Source: Planctomycetota bacterium
GTDB lineage: Bacteria > Planctomycetota > UBA1135 > UBA2386
Assembly: GCA_965223545.1 (NCBI GenBank)
Contig: OZ245006.1
Coordinates: 4,640,001 to 4,704,000 of the forward strand
Length of the DNA stretch: 64,000 nt
Direction: 5' to 3'
The position numbers were made by a program, and so were the translations under genes. The notes beneath the pieces were generated by a model that was given only the letters and a program-made list of their open reading frames with translations, was not told the DNA's origin and made no database searches. Positions 1 through 10,431 of the stretch are shown here, one piece after another; within the stretch, counting starts at the first letter, position 1; each line of letters starts with the position of its first letter.

Positions 1-132
1 TTCATCGCCGCCGCGCTCTGCCGGTCGTTGCCGGGAGCGGCGGGCGAGGGGCAGGCGGCAGGCGCCGCGGCCGCGGCGCAGCACGATCCATGGCAGGCCA
101 TGGGGCCAGTGCGTTTGTGGAGCGCGTCATGA
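1..132 (+). CDS. 3' end of a probable biotin carboxylase subunit (acyl-CoA carboxylase alpha), truncated by the window edge
   Basis: Frame 1 is open from base 1 to TGA 130-132 and ends ...HDPWQAMGPVRLWSAS*. The stop overlaps (ATGA) the start of a biotin-carrier gene. Confidence 0.55.
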   Translation, partial: FIAAALCRSLPGAAGEGQAAGAAAAAQHDPWQAMGPVRLWSAS

Positions 133-632
133 GCGGGTCGTACGAGTACTTGCGCGGCGACGAGGTCGTGCGCGTCGGTGTGCGCCACGACGGAGGGGCC
201 GGCTACGTCGTGCAGGTGGGCGACCAAGCCCTGCCGGTGACGGCGTCGCGTCTGCCCGACGGCCGGGTCGCGTTCGAGCTCGCCGGAGCCCGTTACACCG
301 CGGATGCGGCGGGAATCGGCCGCGCGACCCAGGTCCGCGTGTGTGGACCCGCGGCGCAGACGTACACACTGCCGCGCTACGAAGGCCAAGCCACCGAGTC
401 CGCCGGCAGCGGGGCGGTCGAAGCCCCGATGACCGGCACCGTCCTGGCCGTAGAGGTCGGCATCGGCGACGTCGTCGAAGCCGACCAGACGCTGCTGGTG
501 CTCTCGGCCATGAAGATGGAGCACAAGCTGCGCGCCGGCATCGCGGGCGTCGTGCGCGAGCTGGCTGTCGAAGCGGGCGAGACGGTCGAGCAGGGCGTGC
601 TCCTGGCGCGCGTCGAGCCCGAAGCGAAATGA
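129..632 (+). CDS. biotin carboxyl carrier protein (biotinyl-domain protein)
   Basis: APMTG...LSAMKMEH biotinylation motif; start placed at the ATGA overlap at 129. Confidence 0.9.
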   Translation: MSGSYEYLRGDEVVRVGVRHDGGAGYVVQVGDQALPVTASRLPDGRVAFELAGARYTADAAGIGRATQVRVCGPAAQTYTLPRYEGQATESAGSGAVEAPMTGTVLAVEVGIGDVVEADQTLLVLSAMKMEHKLRAGIAGVVRELAVEAGETVEQGVLLARVEPEAK

Positions 633-654
633 GTGGCGCTCTCGCTGAGGCGCG

Positions 655-1707
655 TCACCGGCGCTTGCCCTTGACTGGGCAGTACGCGCCTCCGCGACAG
701 TAGGTCTCCTGGAGCTCGGGCAAGAACCCCTCCAAGTCGTTGGCCATCACCTGCAGCACGACGATGTCCGGTTCCAAGTAGCGCCCGCGTTCTTCGAAGT
801 ACGAGGTCTGATCGCAGATCGTGTAGCCCGCGACACCCGCGTTGATCGCTTCGATCTCCGGGTTGGCCTGTTCGAGCAGTTGGGGATAGCAGTGTGGGTT
901 GTGGACGGCGTGGCCGAACGTGTAGGAGTCGCCGACGCAGAGCACGCGGACACGAGTCTTTGGAAACGCGACGTCGGTCTTTCGTAGCAGTCCCTGCGAG
1001 TTGGTGATCAGGCGGCAGGGGAGGGGAGCCGCCATCCAGAAAATCTCGTTCTGGTCCGGGCGCAGATCGCCCAAGAGGGCGGCGCGCTGTTCGAACGTCA
1101 CGCTCGACCGGTGGTCGAGCAGTGGCTCCAACTTCTCTCGCAGCGCGCGCGCCAAGATCGCGTTCCCGAAACGCGACAGGTGCCCATCCTCGGGCATGAG
1201 GTAAACCAGATCGAGCGGCAACGGTCGGAAGGTCTCGGTCAAGTCGAGCAACGGGACACCGTGCTTGCTTGTCAGCTCGGTGAACATCTCGATCGCCAAC
1301 GCGTCGACGTAGCTCGGCGGTGGCACGTATACGACGATGACGCGAGCGTCGGCTCCGCGGCAGACCTCGATGAACCGGTCGAAGATCGGCTCGTACTGCA
1401 CTACCAGCCCCTGCCGGCTACCGTCGCGTTCGGCGAGCGCGACGCGTTCGCGCAACTCGAGAGCTGCCTCTTGGATGCGCTCCTTCTGCCAAGAATCCGC
1501 GATACTCCGGAACGCGCGGGTCACGGCGAACGTCTCTTCTCCGTCGACCTGGAAGAAGTAGCAGCGGGCCGCGACCTCGAGAATGGCGCCGGTGATCAGC
1601 AGCGGCACGCAAGCGAACACGATCTTCTTGGCCAAGCTGGTCGTCGTCGTGCTGCGCGCTGCGCTGGCTCGCGCACTGGGCTGACCGGCGTCACCGAATC
1701 GTTCCAT
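655..1707 (-). CDS. membrane-anchored SGNH/GDSL hydrolase, circularly permuted
   Basis: N-terminal TM segment; motifs GDSYTFG, INAGVAGY and ANDL are present, with DGHLS located upstream of them. Confidence 0.8.
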   Translation of the reverse strand: MERFGDAGQPSARASAARSTTTTSLAKKIVFACVPLLITGAILEVAARCYFFQVDGEETFAVTRAFRSIADSWQKERIQEAALELRERVALAERDGSRQGLVVQYEPIFDRFIEVCRGADARVIVVYVPPPSYVDALAIEMFTELTSKHGVPLLDLTETFRPLPLDLVYLMPEDGHLSRFGNAILARALREKLEPLLDHRSSVTFEQRAALLGDLRPDQNEIFWMAAPLPCRLITNSQGLLRKTDVAFPKTRVRVLCVGDSYTFGHAVHNPHCYPQLLEQANPEIEAINAGVAGYTICDQTSYFEERGRYLEPDIVVLQVMANDLEGFLPELQETYCRGGAYCPVKGKRR

Positions 1708-1717
1708 CGCAATGAAC

Positions 1718-1745
1718 GTACGGAGTCAGGCTCGATTTTCTCGCT
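1718..1745 (+). repeat. 28-bp intergenic palindromic (REP-like) repeat, copy 1
   Basis: GTACGGAGTCAGGCTCGATTTTCTCGCT; near-identical to copies at 3870, 22405 and 46851. Confidence 0.85.
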
Positions 1746-1751
1746 TCCCGC

Positions 1752-3864
1752 TCACCGCCCGATCTCGAGGTCCAGCGCCCCCGAAGTCCGCCACACGCCG
1801 CTGTTCCAGACGGCCCCCTGCGCCGAGAGGCGCATTCCGTTGAAGGCTGGTTGAGAGGGGATGGGCAAGACGAGAGAGACCACCCCGGTCGAGCTCGTCA
1901 GGAGGGCGGGCGCCAGCACGATGCCGGCTGGGTCCACGAGAAGCGGGCAGCCGAAGATCGAGGTGCTCGCAGCCGCGGTCGAGATGAGGACGGTGGACGG
2001 CTGACTCATGGCGGGCCCGCCCACGCGCAGCTCGAAGTGAGCGTTGCCCGCGCGTGGAAGGCCGACGTGGACCAATGATGGGGCAAACGGACTCCCAGGG
2101 CACGGTGCGCCGCGCGGGGTCGCCTTGGCGGTCGCGGCCGTCGTCCCGATCCAGGTGTCGAAGTCACCGGCGACGATGATCTCGTTTCGGCGGCTGTCGT
2201 GCGCGACGCGGGCAAGAAAGCCGACGGGCGGCAGGGCGAGGGCTTGCCAGTCCCGGCCATCCCACAGCCAGTTCGCCTGGTCACCGAAGAGGACGATGCC
2301 GCCGATCGCTGGATCGAAGAGCATGCCATGGTAATACGTACCGCTGGTGGCGGGGGGCGGCGCCGTCGTGGTCGACGCGGCGGCCCAATTGGAACCGTTC
2401 CAGAGCCAGGTGTCATTCGCGGGGTTCCCCCCGAGCAGCTTTCCCCCAAACAACACCACGTTGCGGTTCGTGGGGTCGTAGGCCGTGCAAGCCTGGGTGC
2501 GAGCAGATGGGGCGTTGGACGGTGTCCGCTGGGACCAATCCGTGCCGTCCCACTCCCAAGTTTCTTGGGGCATGCTGCTGTTGGCGGGAGTCGCGACGGC
2601 GAAGACGGTTTGGCGTGCACCGTCATATGCAGTGCTCACGTCGCTGAACCACTGGGGGTGTGGTCGCGTGGGGGCTCCGCGCCCAGCTGCCGTCCCACAA
2701 CCATGTCTGCATCAGCGCCGACCTGTCGGTAAGGACGTAGACACCCTCTTGCCGTGCTTCGTCGTAGCAGAAGGCCTCCCAGCCCGTCGTCCAGGGCGCG
2801 GTCTTCGCGGCGAGATTCCAGATCGAGCCGTCCCACTCCCACGTCGAACCCCCGGTCACGCCCACGGTGCGATCACGACTCTTGTCGTAGATGAGCCCAC
2901 CGAAGGGCGTGCGGTTGAACGCGGGGAAAGACTGCACGAAGGTCCAGGCCGTCCCGGTCCACTCGACGAAGCCTTCGGAAGCAACCCTGCGCAACCGTGA
3001 TCGGGTCCCATCGTAGATGAGATTGCCTACACCCGCACCGACTACGCCGCCGGTGGTGAGGTGGTGCCAGCTCTTGCCGTCCCACGACCACGTCTCCGTG
3101 CGAGCGGCCCGCACGACCATGATGACGCGCTGGCTGACCGGGTCGAATGCGGCCGTGGCGAGGCCATTCGGAGGTTTGGGCAGGCCTTGGTGTTCGACCC
3201 ATGTCGCGCCGTCCCAAAGCCACGTATCGCCGAGCGTGCTCCGGCTGCCTCCGAACATGACGACCTGTTGCCGGACTGGGTCGTAGGCCAAGGCATGGTT
3301 CTGCCGCGCTGGCGGCACCAAGGTGGGAAAGTGCTGGGCCCAGTTGGTGCCGTCCCACTCCCAGGTGTCGGCGAGTGACGTGGTTGAGCGCCTGGGGTCG
3401 ACGCCCCCGAAGACGAGAATGCGCTGTCTGGCCGCGTCGTACACCAGCGGCGAGTTGTGTCGCCCCGGAGGGCTCGTGGCAGGAAAGGCCTGCGTCCAGC
3501 CGATCCCGTCGAAGAGGTGTGTCTCGCCAGGAAGCGCGGAGCCTCGTGACGAGCCGAGCAGGACCAGATTCTTGCGGGCGGCGTCATGGGCGAAGCCGAA
3601 CCCGTTGGTGGTGCGGAATCCGAGCTCGTTGGTTGGCACCACCTGTTGCCACCGACTCCCTCGGGACTCCCACGTGCGGTCGGGTAGCCCAGAGGTCGGG
3701 TTGGGCTCGGGGGCGACCGCGACCACCACGCCGCGATGACTGTCGTAGGCCCAGTTGTAGACCCCGACCGTGTCCTGCTTGGTCCAGCTCCGTTGGGCCG
3801 GTGCCGAAGTGCCCGTCAAGAACAAGGCGAACGCGGGGACGAGGCAGTGTCGCAGTGCGTGCAT
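1752..3864 (-). pseudogene. secreted Kelch-like beta-propeller protein with shared C-terminal domain, interrupted by a frameshift near 2625-2712 (or an assembly error)
   Basis: Signal peptide from ATG 3864. AYD...V.FGG...DTWEWDG..W repeats run to the stop at 2623 and continue in another frame (ORF 1752-2639). G5 runs lie at 2654-2658 and 2670-2674. Confidence 0.7.
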
Positions 3865-3869
3865 GGTCA

Positions 3870-3897
3870 GTACCGAGTCAGGCTCGATTTTTTCGCT
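3870..3897 (+). repeat. 28-bp intergenic palindromic repeat, copy 2
   Basis: GTACCGAGTCAGGCTCGATTTTTTCGCT. Confidence 0.85.
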
Positions 3898-3902
3898 ACA
3901 GC

Positions 3903-6900
3903 TCACCGCCCGAGCGTCCACACGAGCCCCGGCGTCAAATCGTATCCCCACGGGCTCGCCGTTGGGCCGTGGAACGCCTGCAGCCCGACACTCAATCCCA
4001 GCAACGCGGGAGTCGGCGGGATCGCGAGGTCGATCGACCACGCTCCGCTCACGCTGCCGACCGCCAGCACCACCGGTGCCGTGACGTAGACCGGGCACGT
4101 ACCGATTCGCGCTGGCACCGGGCCGGCTGGCGTGCCGATCAGCAGAGCGCTCGCCGCTCCTGGCGCGGCGCCACTGCCACCGACAGTGGCGATTCGGCCG
4201 AGCACCGGGTCGTCGCCGCGCAGGGTGGGCGCCCAGCCCGCGGCTGCGCACGGTCTCCCCAGCGGCGCCGCGGTCGCGCCGGGAAATGTGTACAGCAGCT
4301 GACTGCCGAGACCGGGCCACACCTGTGCCTGGAAGTAGAGCGTGCCTCGAGACAGGGTGGGTTCGCTCGGAGCGTAGAGTCCGGGGTAGTACGCGTAGGT
4401 GCCGGCCGCGCTGCCGTCGCTCCACCACAGCGACGATGCCGCGCTGCCCCAGGCGACGTGACGGCTGCCGACCGCAGTGACGAACGACAGCGGCAGACCA
4501 TGGCCGCCCTGCAGCTCGACGGTGCCGGCCGTTGTGCCGTCGGTCGAAAAGACCGAGTAGGACCGCCCGTCGGGGCGCGCCACGAACGCCGCGAAGTTGT
4601 CGGCAGAATCGATCTGCATCGGCACCGAGCTCGAAGCGCCGGCGAACAGGTCGGCGACCAGCCGGGTGCCGGCGGCAGTGCCGTCGCTCTTCCACAGCTC
4701 TCGTCCGACCGCGAGATCGTCGGCGGCGAACAGCACCGAGTCGCCGAACGCCGCAAAGCCGCCGGGCACCGAGCTCTCCGGCCCCGCGATGATGTCGGCG
4801 ACCAGGCGGGTGCCGGCCGTGGTCCCGTCGGTGGCCCAGAGCTCGCGCCCCGCCGGCGGCTGGGTGGCGACGAAGTAGAGCAGCGATCCTGCCGCGGTCA
4901 TGTCGGCGGGATTGCCGTCGGCAAAACCGGGGCGGATGTCGGCGACGATCGCCGTGCCGGCCGCGGTGCCGTCGCTGCTCCACAGCTCACGCCCGAACAC
5001 CGGATCGCTGGCCGCGAAGAACAATCGGCCGCGAAACTCCACGAGGTTGGTCGGCGTCGAACCCATCGGTCCCGGCCAGATGTCGAGCACTGGCCGCGTG
5101 CCCGTGGCCGAGCCGTCGCTGCGCCACAGCTCGGCGCCGTTGACGCCATCATCCGCGACGAACATCAGGAGTCCGCCGAGCGCTTGCAGTGCGCGCGGCT
5201 GTGCGCTGCCCCGGCCCGGCACCAGGTCGGCGACCAGGCCGGGAACCCCGGTCTGCAGATCGACCCGCCACAGCTCGGTGCCGACTCGGTCGTCCTTGGC
5301 GACGAAGAAGAGCGCGTCGTCGACGAGCGTCAGCTGCTCCGGGGTCGACCCCTCGCTGCCCGGAAAGAGATCGGCGACGAGCTCGACCTCGGGGGCTCCG
5401 GGCGATTGGCGCCACAGCTCCCGGCCGTGGACACCATCATCGGCGACGAAGTACAGCGTGCCGTAGGCATCGGTGAGCTCGGAAGGCGAGGATTGCTGCT
5501 GCGCGCGCCGAGTCTCGACGTTGGCGATCAACTCCGTGCCCGGCCCGGTCGTGTCCGTCACCCACACCTCCGCGCCGCTCGAGCCGTCGTCGGCGACGAA
5601 GAACGCGCGCCCTTGGCTTCGGTCCGCGACCAACTGGTACGGGTACGAACCCTCCGGCCCGGGGAAGACGTCGCGCAGGCGCCGCGTCCCGGCCGCGGTG
5701 CCATCACTGGCGAAGATCTCCTCGCCCGCCGTGCCATCATCGGCGGCGAAGACCACCTCGTCGCCGAGGTTGGCCAGATAGGGCACCAGGAATGGGGTGA
5801 TGCCGGACGCCGCACCGGCTTGCACGTCGGCGACCCGCCGCGTCCCGGTCGCCGTGCCATCCGAGAGCCAGAGCTCGCGGCCCCCCGCGAGATCGGTGGC
5901 GAAGAACGCGGTCTCGGTCCCCAACTCGGTGAACCGCTCGGGCAACGAGCCGCTCGGCCCCGGCCAGATATCGGCGACGCGGCGGGTGCCGGCGACGGTG
6001 CCGTCGCTGGTCCAGGGCTCGAGTCCGTTGATGCCGTCGTTGCCCGCGAACCACAGGCGGCCGTGCACCACGGCCAAGGGATCGCGGCGCAGACCTCTCG
6101 CCGCGCCGGGCAGCAGGTCGAGCAGCATTCCCGTGCCCGCGGCGGTGCCGTCGCTCGACCACAGCTCGCGGCCAAAGGCCCGGATGTCCGCCGTGAAGTA
6201 GATGCGGTTTCCCAGGCGTTGCAGCGACAGCGGGTCGGGTGGGGCGCCGGTCGTCAGCCGAAGCGTTCCGGCGGCGGTACCGTCAGTGCGCCAGAGGTGG
6301 GCATCAGCGCCGATGAACAGCATGGCTCCGCCGAGCTCGGCGACGGCGCCGAAGGCCGAGCCGAGCGCGATGCCGGCTGCGACTTCGTGGGTTCCGGCGG
6401 CAGTGCCGTCGGTCAGCCAGAGAGAGTAGCCGGCGCCGGACGGCGACGCGGAGAACAGCACGCCGGCGCTGGTCGGCCACAGTCGCCACGGCGATGAGCC
6501 CGTCGGCCCCGGCGCGAGGTCGGCAATCATCGTCGTGCCGCCAGGCGTGCCGTCGGTGCGCCACAGCTCCCTGCCGTGCACGCCGTCGTCGGCGGCGAAC
6601 ACCACCGTGTTGCCGAGCACCGTCATCTCCCTGGGGTTCGAGCTCGCCAACCCCGGCAGCACGTCGGCCACCAACGTCGGCGGGCTGCCTGGAGTGGCCG
6701 CGTGGAACAACTCGGTCCCCACGCCGATCTGGCTGGCTGCGAACAGGATGCCGTTGCCGAACGGCACGAGGCTGGTGGGGTTGCTGCCGAGCTCGGCCCC
6801 GGAGTTTCGCATCGACTTGAAGCCCACCGCCGGCAGGGTTCGCGGCGATTGTGGTCGGAGCTCGACCGCTCCGGCGAGCAGCACCCCGGCCAGGTAGGGC

Positions 6901-6959
6901 AGCATGACCGAGAACGTGCGCGGGGTAGAGGCGAGGGGTCGCGGCTGCGCGGTGCTCAT
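3903..6959 (-). CDS. secreted ELWxxDGT-repeat protein with shared C-terminal domain
   Basis: Many G.ELW.SDGT.AGT repeats and a hydrophobic N-terminal signal. Start uncertain (6998, 6959 or 6905). Confidence 0.9.
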   Translation of the reverse strand: MSTAQPRPLASTPRTFSVMLPYLAGVLLAGAVELRPQSPRTLPAVGFKSMRNSGAELGSNPTSLVPFGNGILFAASQIGVGTELFHAATPGSPPTLVADVLPGLASSNPREMTVLGNTVVFAADDGVHGRELWRTDGTPGGTTMIADLAPGPTGSSPWRLWPTSAGVLFSASPSGAGYSLWLTDGTAAGTHEVAAGIALGSAFGAVAELGGAMLFIGADAHLWRTDGTAAGTLRLTTGAPPDPLSLQRLGNRIYFTADIRAFGRELWSSDGTAAGTGMLLDLLPGAARGLRRDPLAVVHGRLWFAGNDGINGLEPWTSDGTVAGTRRVADIWPGPSGSLPERFTELGTETAFFATDLAGGRELWLSDGTATGTRRVADVQAGAASGITPFLVPYLANLGDEVVFAADDGTAGEEIFASDGTAAGTRRLRDVFPGPEGSYPYQLVADRSQGRAFFVADDGSSGAEVWVTDTTGPGTELIANVETRRAQQQSSPSELTDAYGTLYFVADDGVHGRELWRQSPGAPEVELVADLFPGSEGSTPEQLTLVDDALFFVAKDDRVGTELWRVDLQTGVPGLVADLVPGRGSAQPRALQALGGLLMFVADDGVNGAELWRSDGSATGTRPVLDIWPGPMGSTPTNLVEFRGRLFFAASDPVFGRELWSSDGTAAGTAIVADIRPGFADGNPADMTAAGSLLYFVATQPPAGRELWATDGTTAGTRLVADIIAGPESSVPGGFAAFGDSVLFAADDLAVGRELWKSDGTAAGTRLVADLFAGASSSVPMQIDSADNFAAFVARPDGRSYSVFSTDGTTAGTVELQGGHGLPLSFVTAVGSRHVAWGSAASSLWWSDGSAAGTYAYYPGLYAPSEPTLSRGTLYFQAQVWPGLGSQLLYTFPGATAAPLGRPCAAAGWAPTLRGDDPVLGRIATVGGSGAAPGAASALLIGTPAGPVPARIGTCPVYVTAPVVLAVGSVSGAWSIDLAIPPTPALLGLSVGLQAFHGPTASPWGYDLTPGLVWTLGR

Positions 6960-7072
6960 GACGGCTCCTGTTCGAGTGGGGCTCCCGTTTCCCGTCAACG
7001 GAATGGCGTCGCTGGCGTCATCATACCGGAGAGCGCCGCCCGCGGATCGCCGTCGCGGCCGCCCGCCCCCCG

Positions 7073-10000
7073 TCAGCGACTGCGCAGACGCGCGAGCTCG
7101 GCCTCGATCGTCCGTCTCTCAGTCGGATCGTCGACCACCGCAACCGCCCTTTGCAGGGCGTCGATCGCACCCGCGGCGTCGCCCGACGCCTCGCGCGCGC
7201 GGGCCAGCGTGCGCAGCAGCGGCGCGGCGTCGCCGCCGTTGCGCTGCAGCGCCAGTTCGGCCAACCGCACGGTCGTGCTCGCGTCGCGCAAGTCCTCGAA
7301 CTCGACCGCCAGCATCGACTCGGTCGCCGATGCCAGTTCGGCGGGGCTGCCGCCGCCCGCCGCGGCGTACTGCTCCCAAGCGGCGCGCCACTCGCGAAAC
7401 GTGGAGCGCGTCGTGGCGGAGTCCTGCAGGGCTTGGCTGGAGTCGAGTGCCACGCCGAGCGCCTGCACCCGGTACGCGAGCATCGTGCGGTTGATCTCCG
7501 AGTGCTCGCCCCAGGCGTCGGTGTGCGCGACCACCGCCATCGCCTCGCGCCGCGCCGCCGCCGGCTGATCTCGCTCGGCCTCGAGCGCGGCACAGCGCAG
7601 CCGGCGGAACATCAGGTTGGTGGCGATCTGGTAGTCCTCCGGGTAGCGGTCGGCCAGCTCGACCAGCACGCCGACCGCTTCGCGGTAGGCCGCCAGCGCG
7701 GCGTCCGCGTCGCCGCGCGCGACCAGGACGTCGCCCCGTTCGGCGTGGGCGAACGCGAGCGACGTGCGTGCCCCCTTGCTCGGCGCCCGCTCCAGCCAAG
7801 CGCGGCAGAGCTCGACATCGCGGTCCGTGGCTTCCAGTGCGGCGTCGAGGTCACCAGTCTGCGTGTGCAAGTCTCCGGCGCGGCGGTGGGCATTGGCGAG
7901 CGTTGCAACGACCGGCACGCTGTCGGGCTGCTCGCGGAACAACCCCTCCATGACCGCGATGCCTCGGTCGAGCTCGGTCGTCGCCGCAGCGAGGTCCCCG
8001 CTCTTGGCCAGCAGAGCCGCCGACTGCTCCCGCATCCACCCCAGGTGGCGCCGCACTTCGGGCGTGCGCCCGCCCTCGGTGAGCTGCTCTCCCAGCGCGC
8101 TGGCGCGGCGCGCCAGCTGCAACGCGGCCTGGTCGTCGCCGTCCTGGTTGAACACGAGGACACCGATCATCGCGACGCTCATCATGTGGACGCCGAAATC
8201 GATGTTGAGGGGGTCGCTGGCCAGCAGCTCTTCCTGCACCGCGAGCGCGTGCTCGATCGGTGCCCGTGCCGCCGCGGCGCGGCCGCTTCGCGCCAACAGC
8301 TCGGCGGCACCGGCCTCCACCTGCACCCACAGCTGGCGGTGGTGCACGTGCGCCGGCGCGCGCACCACCAATTGCTCCGCCCGCTCGGCCGCGCGTTGGT
8401 AGTGTTGCAGACTCTCGGCCTGTTGTCCCGCGTGCAGCAGGCTCTCGGCGGCATCGCGCAGCGCGAGGACGACGTTGCGTTCTGCGCGGTCGTGCGCGCC
8501 CGCGGTGTCGGCGATGGCCTCGCACACACGCACCAGCCGCTGGCGCTCCGCCAACGCCACCGCGTCGTCGCCGCGCAGGTAGGTGACCCTCGCCAGCGCG
8601 CGTTCTGCCTCCGCGGCGTCGAGCTGCGCGTCGACCGTGCCGCGGTCGGCGGCGATCGCGCGCGCCAGTTCGACGGCCGCGCCCAGCTGCGCCTCGGCCG
8701 CATCGAGCTCGCCCTGTTGCAGATCGAGTCGACCCTGCGCGAACACGAGCTGCCGGCGGGCGTCGCGCAGTACCGCGTCGTCGGTATCCGGCAAGCTCGC
8801 GAGAATGTCCCGCGCGGCGGCCAAGTGGTGCTCGGCGGCGGTTGCGTCGCCGAGGCTGCCCTTGCCGCTGATGCCGAGCAGATGGCCCAGCCGTAGATGC
8901 GCCAGGCCGAGGTCGCGCGAGACCGAAGGGTCCTCGCTCCGCAGCGCGATCAGCTTGTCGAGCAGGCGCTGCGCCCGCTCGATCACCAAGCGGCGCGCCG
9001 CGGTCGCGCCGGGCAGCGCCTCGATCGCGCCGTGAAAGTCGAACAAGAACTCGCCGGCGAGCTGGCGCAGGTCGCGGGCGTGATCGCGGGCGACGTCGCG
9101 CTCGGCAGCCAAGGCGACGCCGTGCGCCCGTTCGCGCTGCGAGAAGACCACACCGCCGACCGAGGTCAGCGCCATGCCGGCCAGGGCTGCCGCGCTGAGC
9201 CGTGGATGCCGCTGCGCCCAGCGCACCAGTCGCACGCCGACGCCGAGTCGTCGCGCCTCGATCGGGTGGTGCGTCAGCAGGTTGCCCAGGTCGCGGGCCA
9301 GGGCACCGGCGGTCTGATAGCGGCGGTGCGGATCGCGGTCCATCGCCGTCAGACAGACGGTCTCGACGTCGCGCGCGACGCCGCGGTTGTACTCGCGCGG
9401 TGGTCGCACCTCGCCGACGAGGATCCGCTGCATGGTCGCTTCGCTCGACGGGTGCTCGAACGCCATCTGCAGCGTCAGCAACTCGTACAGCGTGACGCCG
9501 AGCGAGTAGACGTCGGTGCGCTGGTCGAGCGGCTCGCCGCGCACCTGCTCCGGCGACATGTACGGCACCGAGCCCTGCTGGCTGCCGGTGCGCGTCAGCT
9601 TGGCGGTGCGGGTGGACGCCGCGAGCCCGAAGTCCAGCACCTGAACCCGTCCGTCCGCGGTGATCGCCAGATTGGAGGGCTTGACGTCGCGGTGCACGAT
9701 GCCGCGCGAGTGCGCGTAGTCGAGGGCTTCGGCCGCCTGCCGCACCAGCCGTAGCGTGATCTCGACCCAGGACCCGCGGAACGGATCCGCGCCGTCGACG
9801 CGGTCCTCGTGGCCGAGCGCTTTGCGGATCGGCGCAGCCCGGCGGCGGACCGCAGCCGCCACCGCGGCGCCGTCGATGTCGTCGATCGGACCCCCGCGCA
9901 GCTCGTCGCAAAGGTCGGTGAGCGAGCAGCCGTCGATCAGCTGCATCGCGAAGAACGGAATGCCGCGCTCCGCCCCGACCGTGTAGATCGGCACGATGCC

Positions 10001-10387
10001 TGGGTGCTGCAGACTGGCGATGACCTCGACCTCGCGTTGGAACCGCGATTGGGTGGCCTCGAAGTACGCCAGCTCGGGGCGGATCAGCTTGAGGGCGACG
10101 TGGCGCTGCAGGGACTCTTGTTCCGCCAGATAGACGACGCCCATGCCGCCGGCGCCGAGCTTGTCGACCAGGCGAAAGTCGCCGATGCGATCGAGCTCGC
10201 CCGGCTGCGCGGCGGGTTCGCCGAACAAGCCGGCGCGGCGCAGCACGTCGATGCGCTCGCGCAGTGGGCCGGCGAGCTGGGGGTGTTCGGCACACAGCGC
10301 CTCGATGACCGCATCGCCTTCGGCCTCCCAGCGCTCGAGGCAGTCGAGGAGCAGGCGGTCGACGGGATCGCTCTCGGTGCGCGTCAT
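7073..10387 (-). CDS. Hanks-type Ser/Thr protein kinase with TM segment and C-terminal TPR-like repeats
   Basis: LGAGGMGVVY, VALK, HRDVKPSN, DFG and YMSPEQ motifs. The real start is probably ATG 10387 (MTRTESDP). Confidence 0.93.
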   Translation of the reverse strand: MTRTESDPVDRLLLDCLERWEAEGDAVIEALCAEHPQLAGPLRERIDVLRRAGLFGEPAAQPGELDRIGDFRLVDKLGAGGMGVVYLAEQESLQRHVALKLIRPELAYFEATQSRFQREVEVIASLQHPGIVPIYTVGAERGIPFFAMQLIDGCSLTDLCDELRGGPIDDIDGAAVAAAVRRRAAPIRKALGHEDRVDGADPFRGSWVEITLRLVRQAAEALDYAHSRGIVHRDVKPSNLAITADGRVQVLDFGLAASTRTAKLTRTGSQQGSVPYMSPEQVRGEPLDQRTDVYSLGVTLYELLTLQMAFEHPSSEATMQRILVGEVRPPREYNRGVARDVETVCLTAMDRDPHRRYQTAGALARDLGNLLTHHPIEARRLGVGVRLVRWAQRHPRLSAAALAGMALTSVGGVVFSQRERAHGVALAAERDVARDHARDLRQLAGEFLFDFHGAIEALPGATAARRLVIERAQRLLDKLIALRSEDPSVSRDLGLAHLRLGHLLGISGKGSLGDATAAEHHLAAARDILASLPDTDDAVLRDARRQLVFAQGRLDLQQGELDAAEAQLGAAVELARAIAADRGTVDAQLDAAEAERALARVTYLRGDDAVALAERQRLVRVCEAIADTAGAHDRAERNVVLALRDAAESLLHAGQQAESLQHYQRAAERAEQLVVRAPAHVHHRQLWVQVEAGAAELLARSGRAAAARAPIEHALAVQEELLASDPLNIDFGVHMMSVAMIGVLVFNQDGDDQAALQLARRASALGEQLTEGGRTPEVRRHLGWMREQSAALLAKSGDLAAATTELDRGIAVMEGLFREQPDSVPVVATLANAHRRAGDLHTQTGDLDAALEATDRDVELCRAWLERAPSKGARTSLAFAHAERGDVLVARGDADAALAAYREAVGVLVELADRYPEDYQIATNLMFRRLRCAALEAERDQPAAARREAMAVVAHTDAWGEHSEINRTMLAYRVQALGVALDSSQALQDSATTRSTFREWRAAWEQYAAAGGGSPAELASATESMLAVEFEDLRDASTTVRLAELALQRNGGDAAPLLRTLARAREASGDAAGAIDALQRAVAVVDDPTERRTIEAELARLRSR

Positions 10388-10431
10388 CGATGCGGGCAGG
10401 CGGCGCCGGGCGGGCGCCGCAGGCTCGGATT

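Noticed and set aside
4400..6800. Recurring DNA motif (ccacagctc...gtgccgtcg) as a non-coding repeat array
   Set aside because: Explained by the ELWxxDGT protein repeats.
6997..7029. Possible third copy of the ECF-like promoter upstream of the ELWxxDGT gene
   Set aside because: Several mismatches and a gap; not distinguishable from chance.
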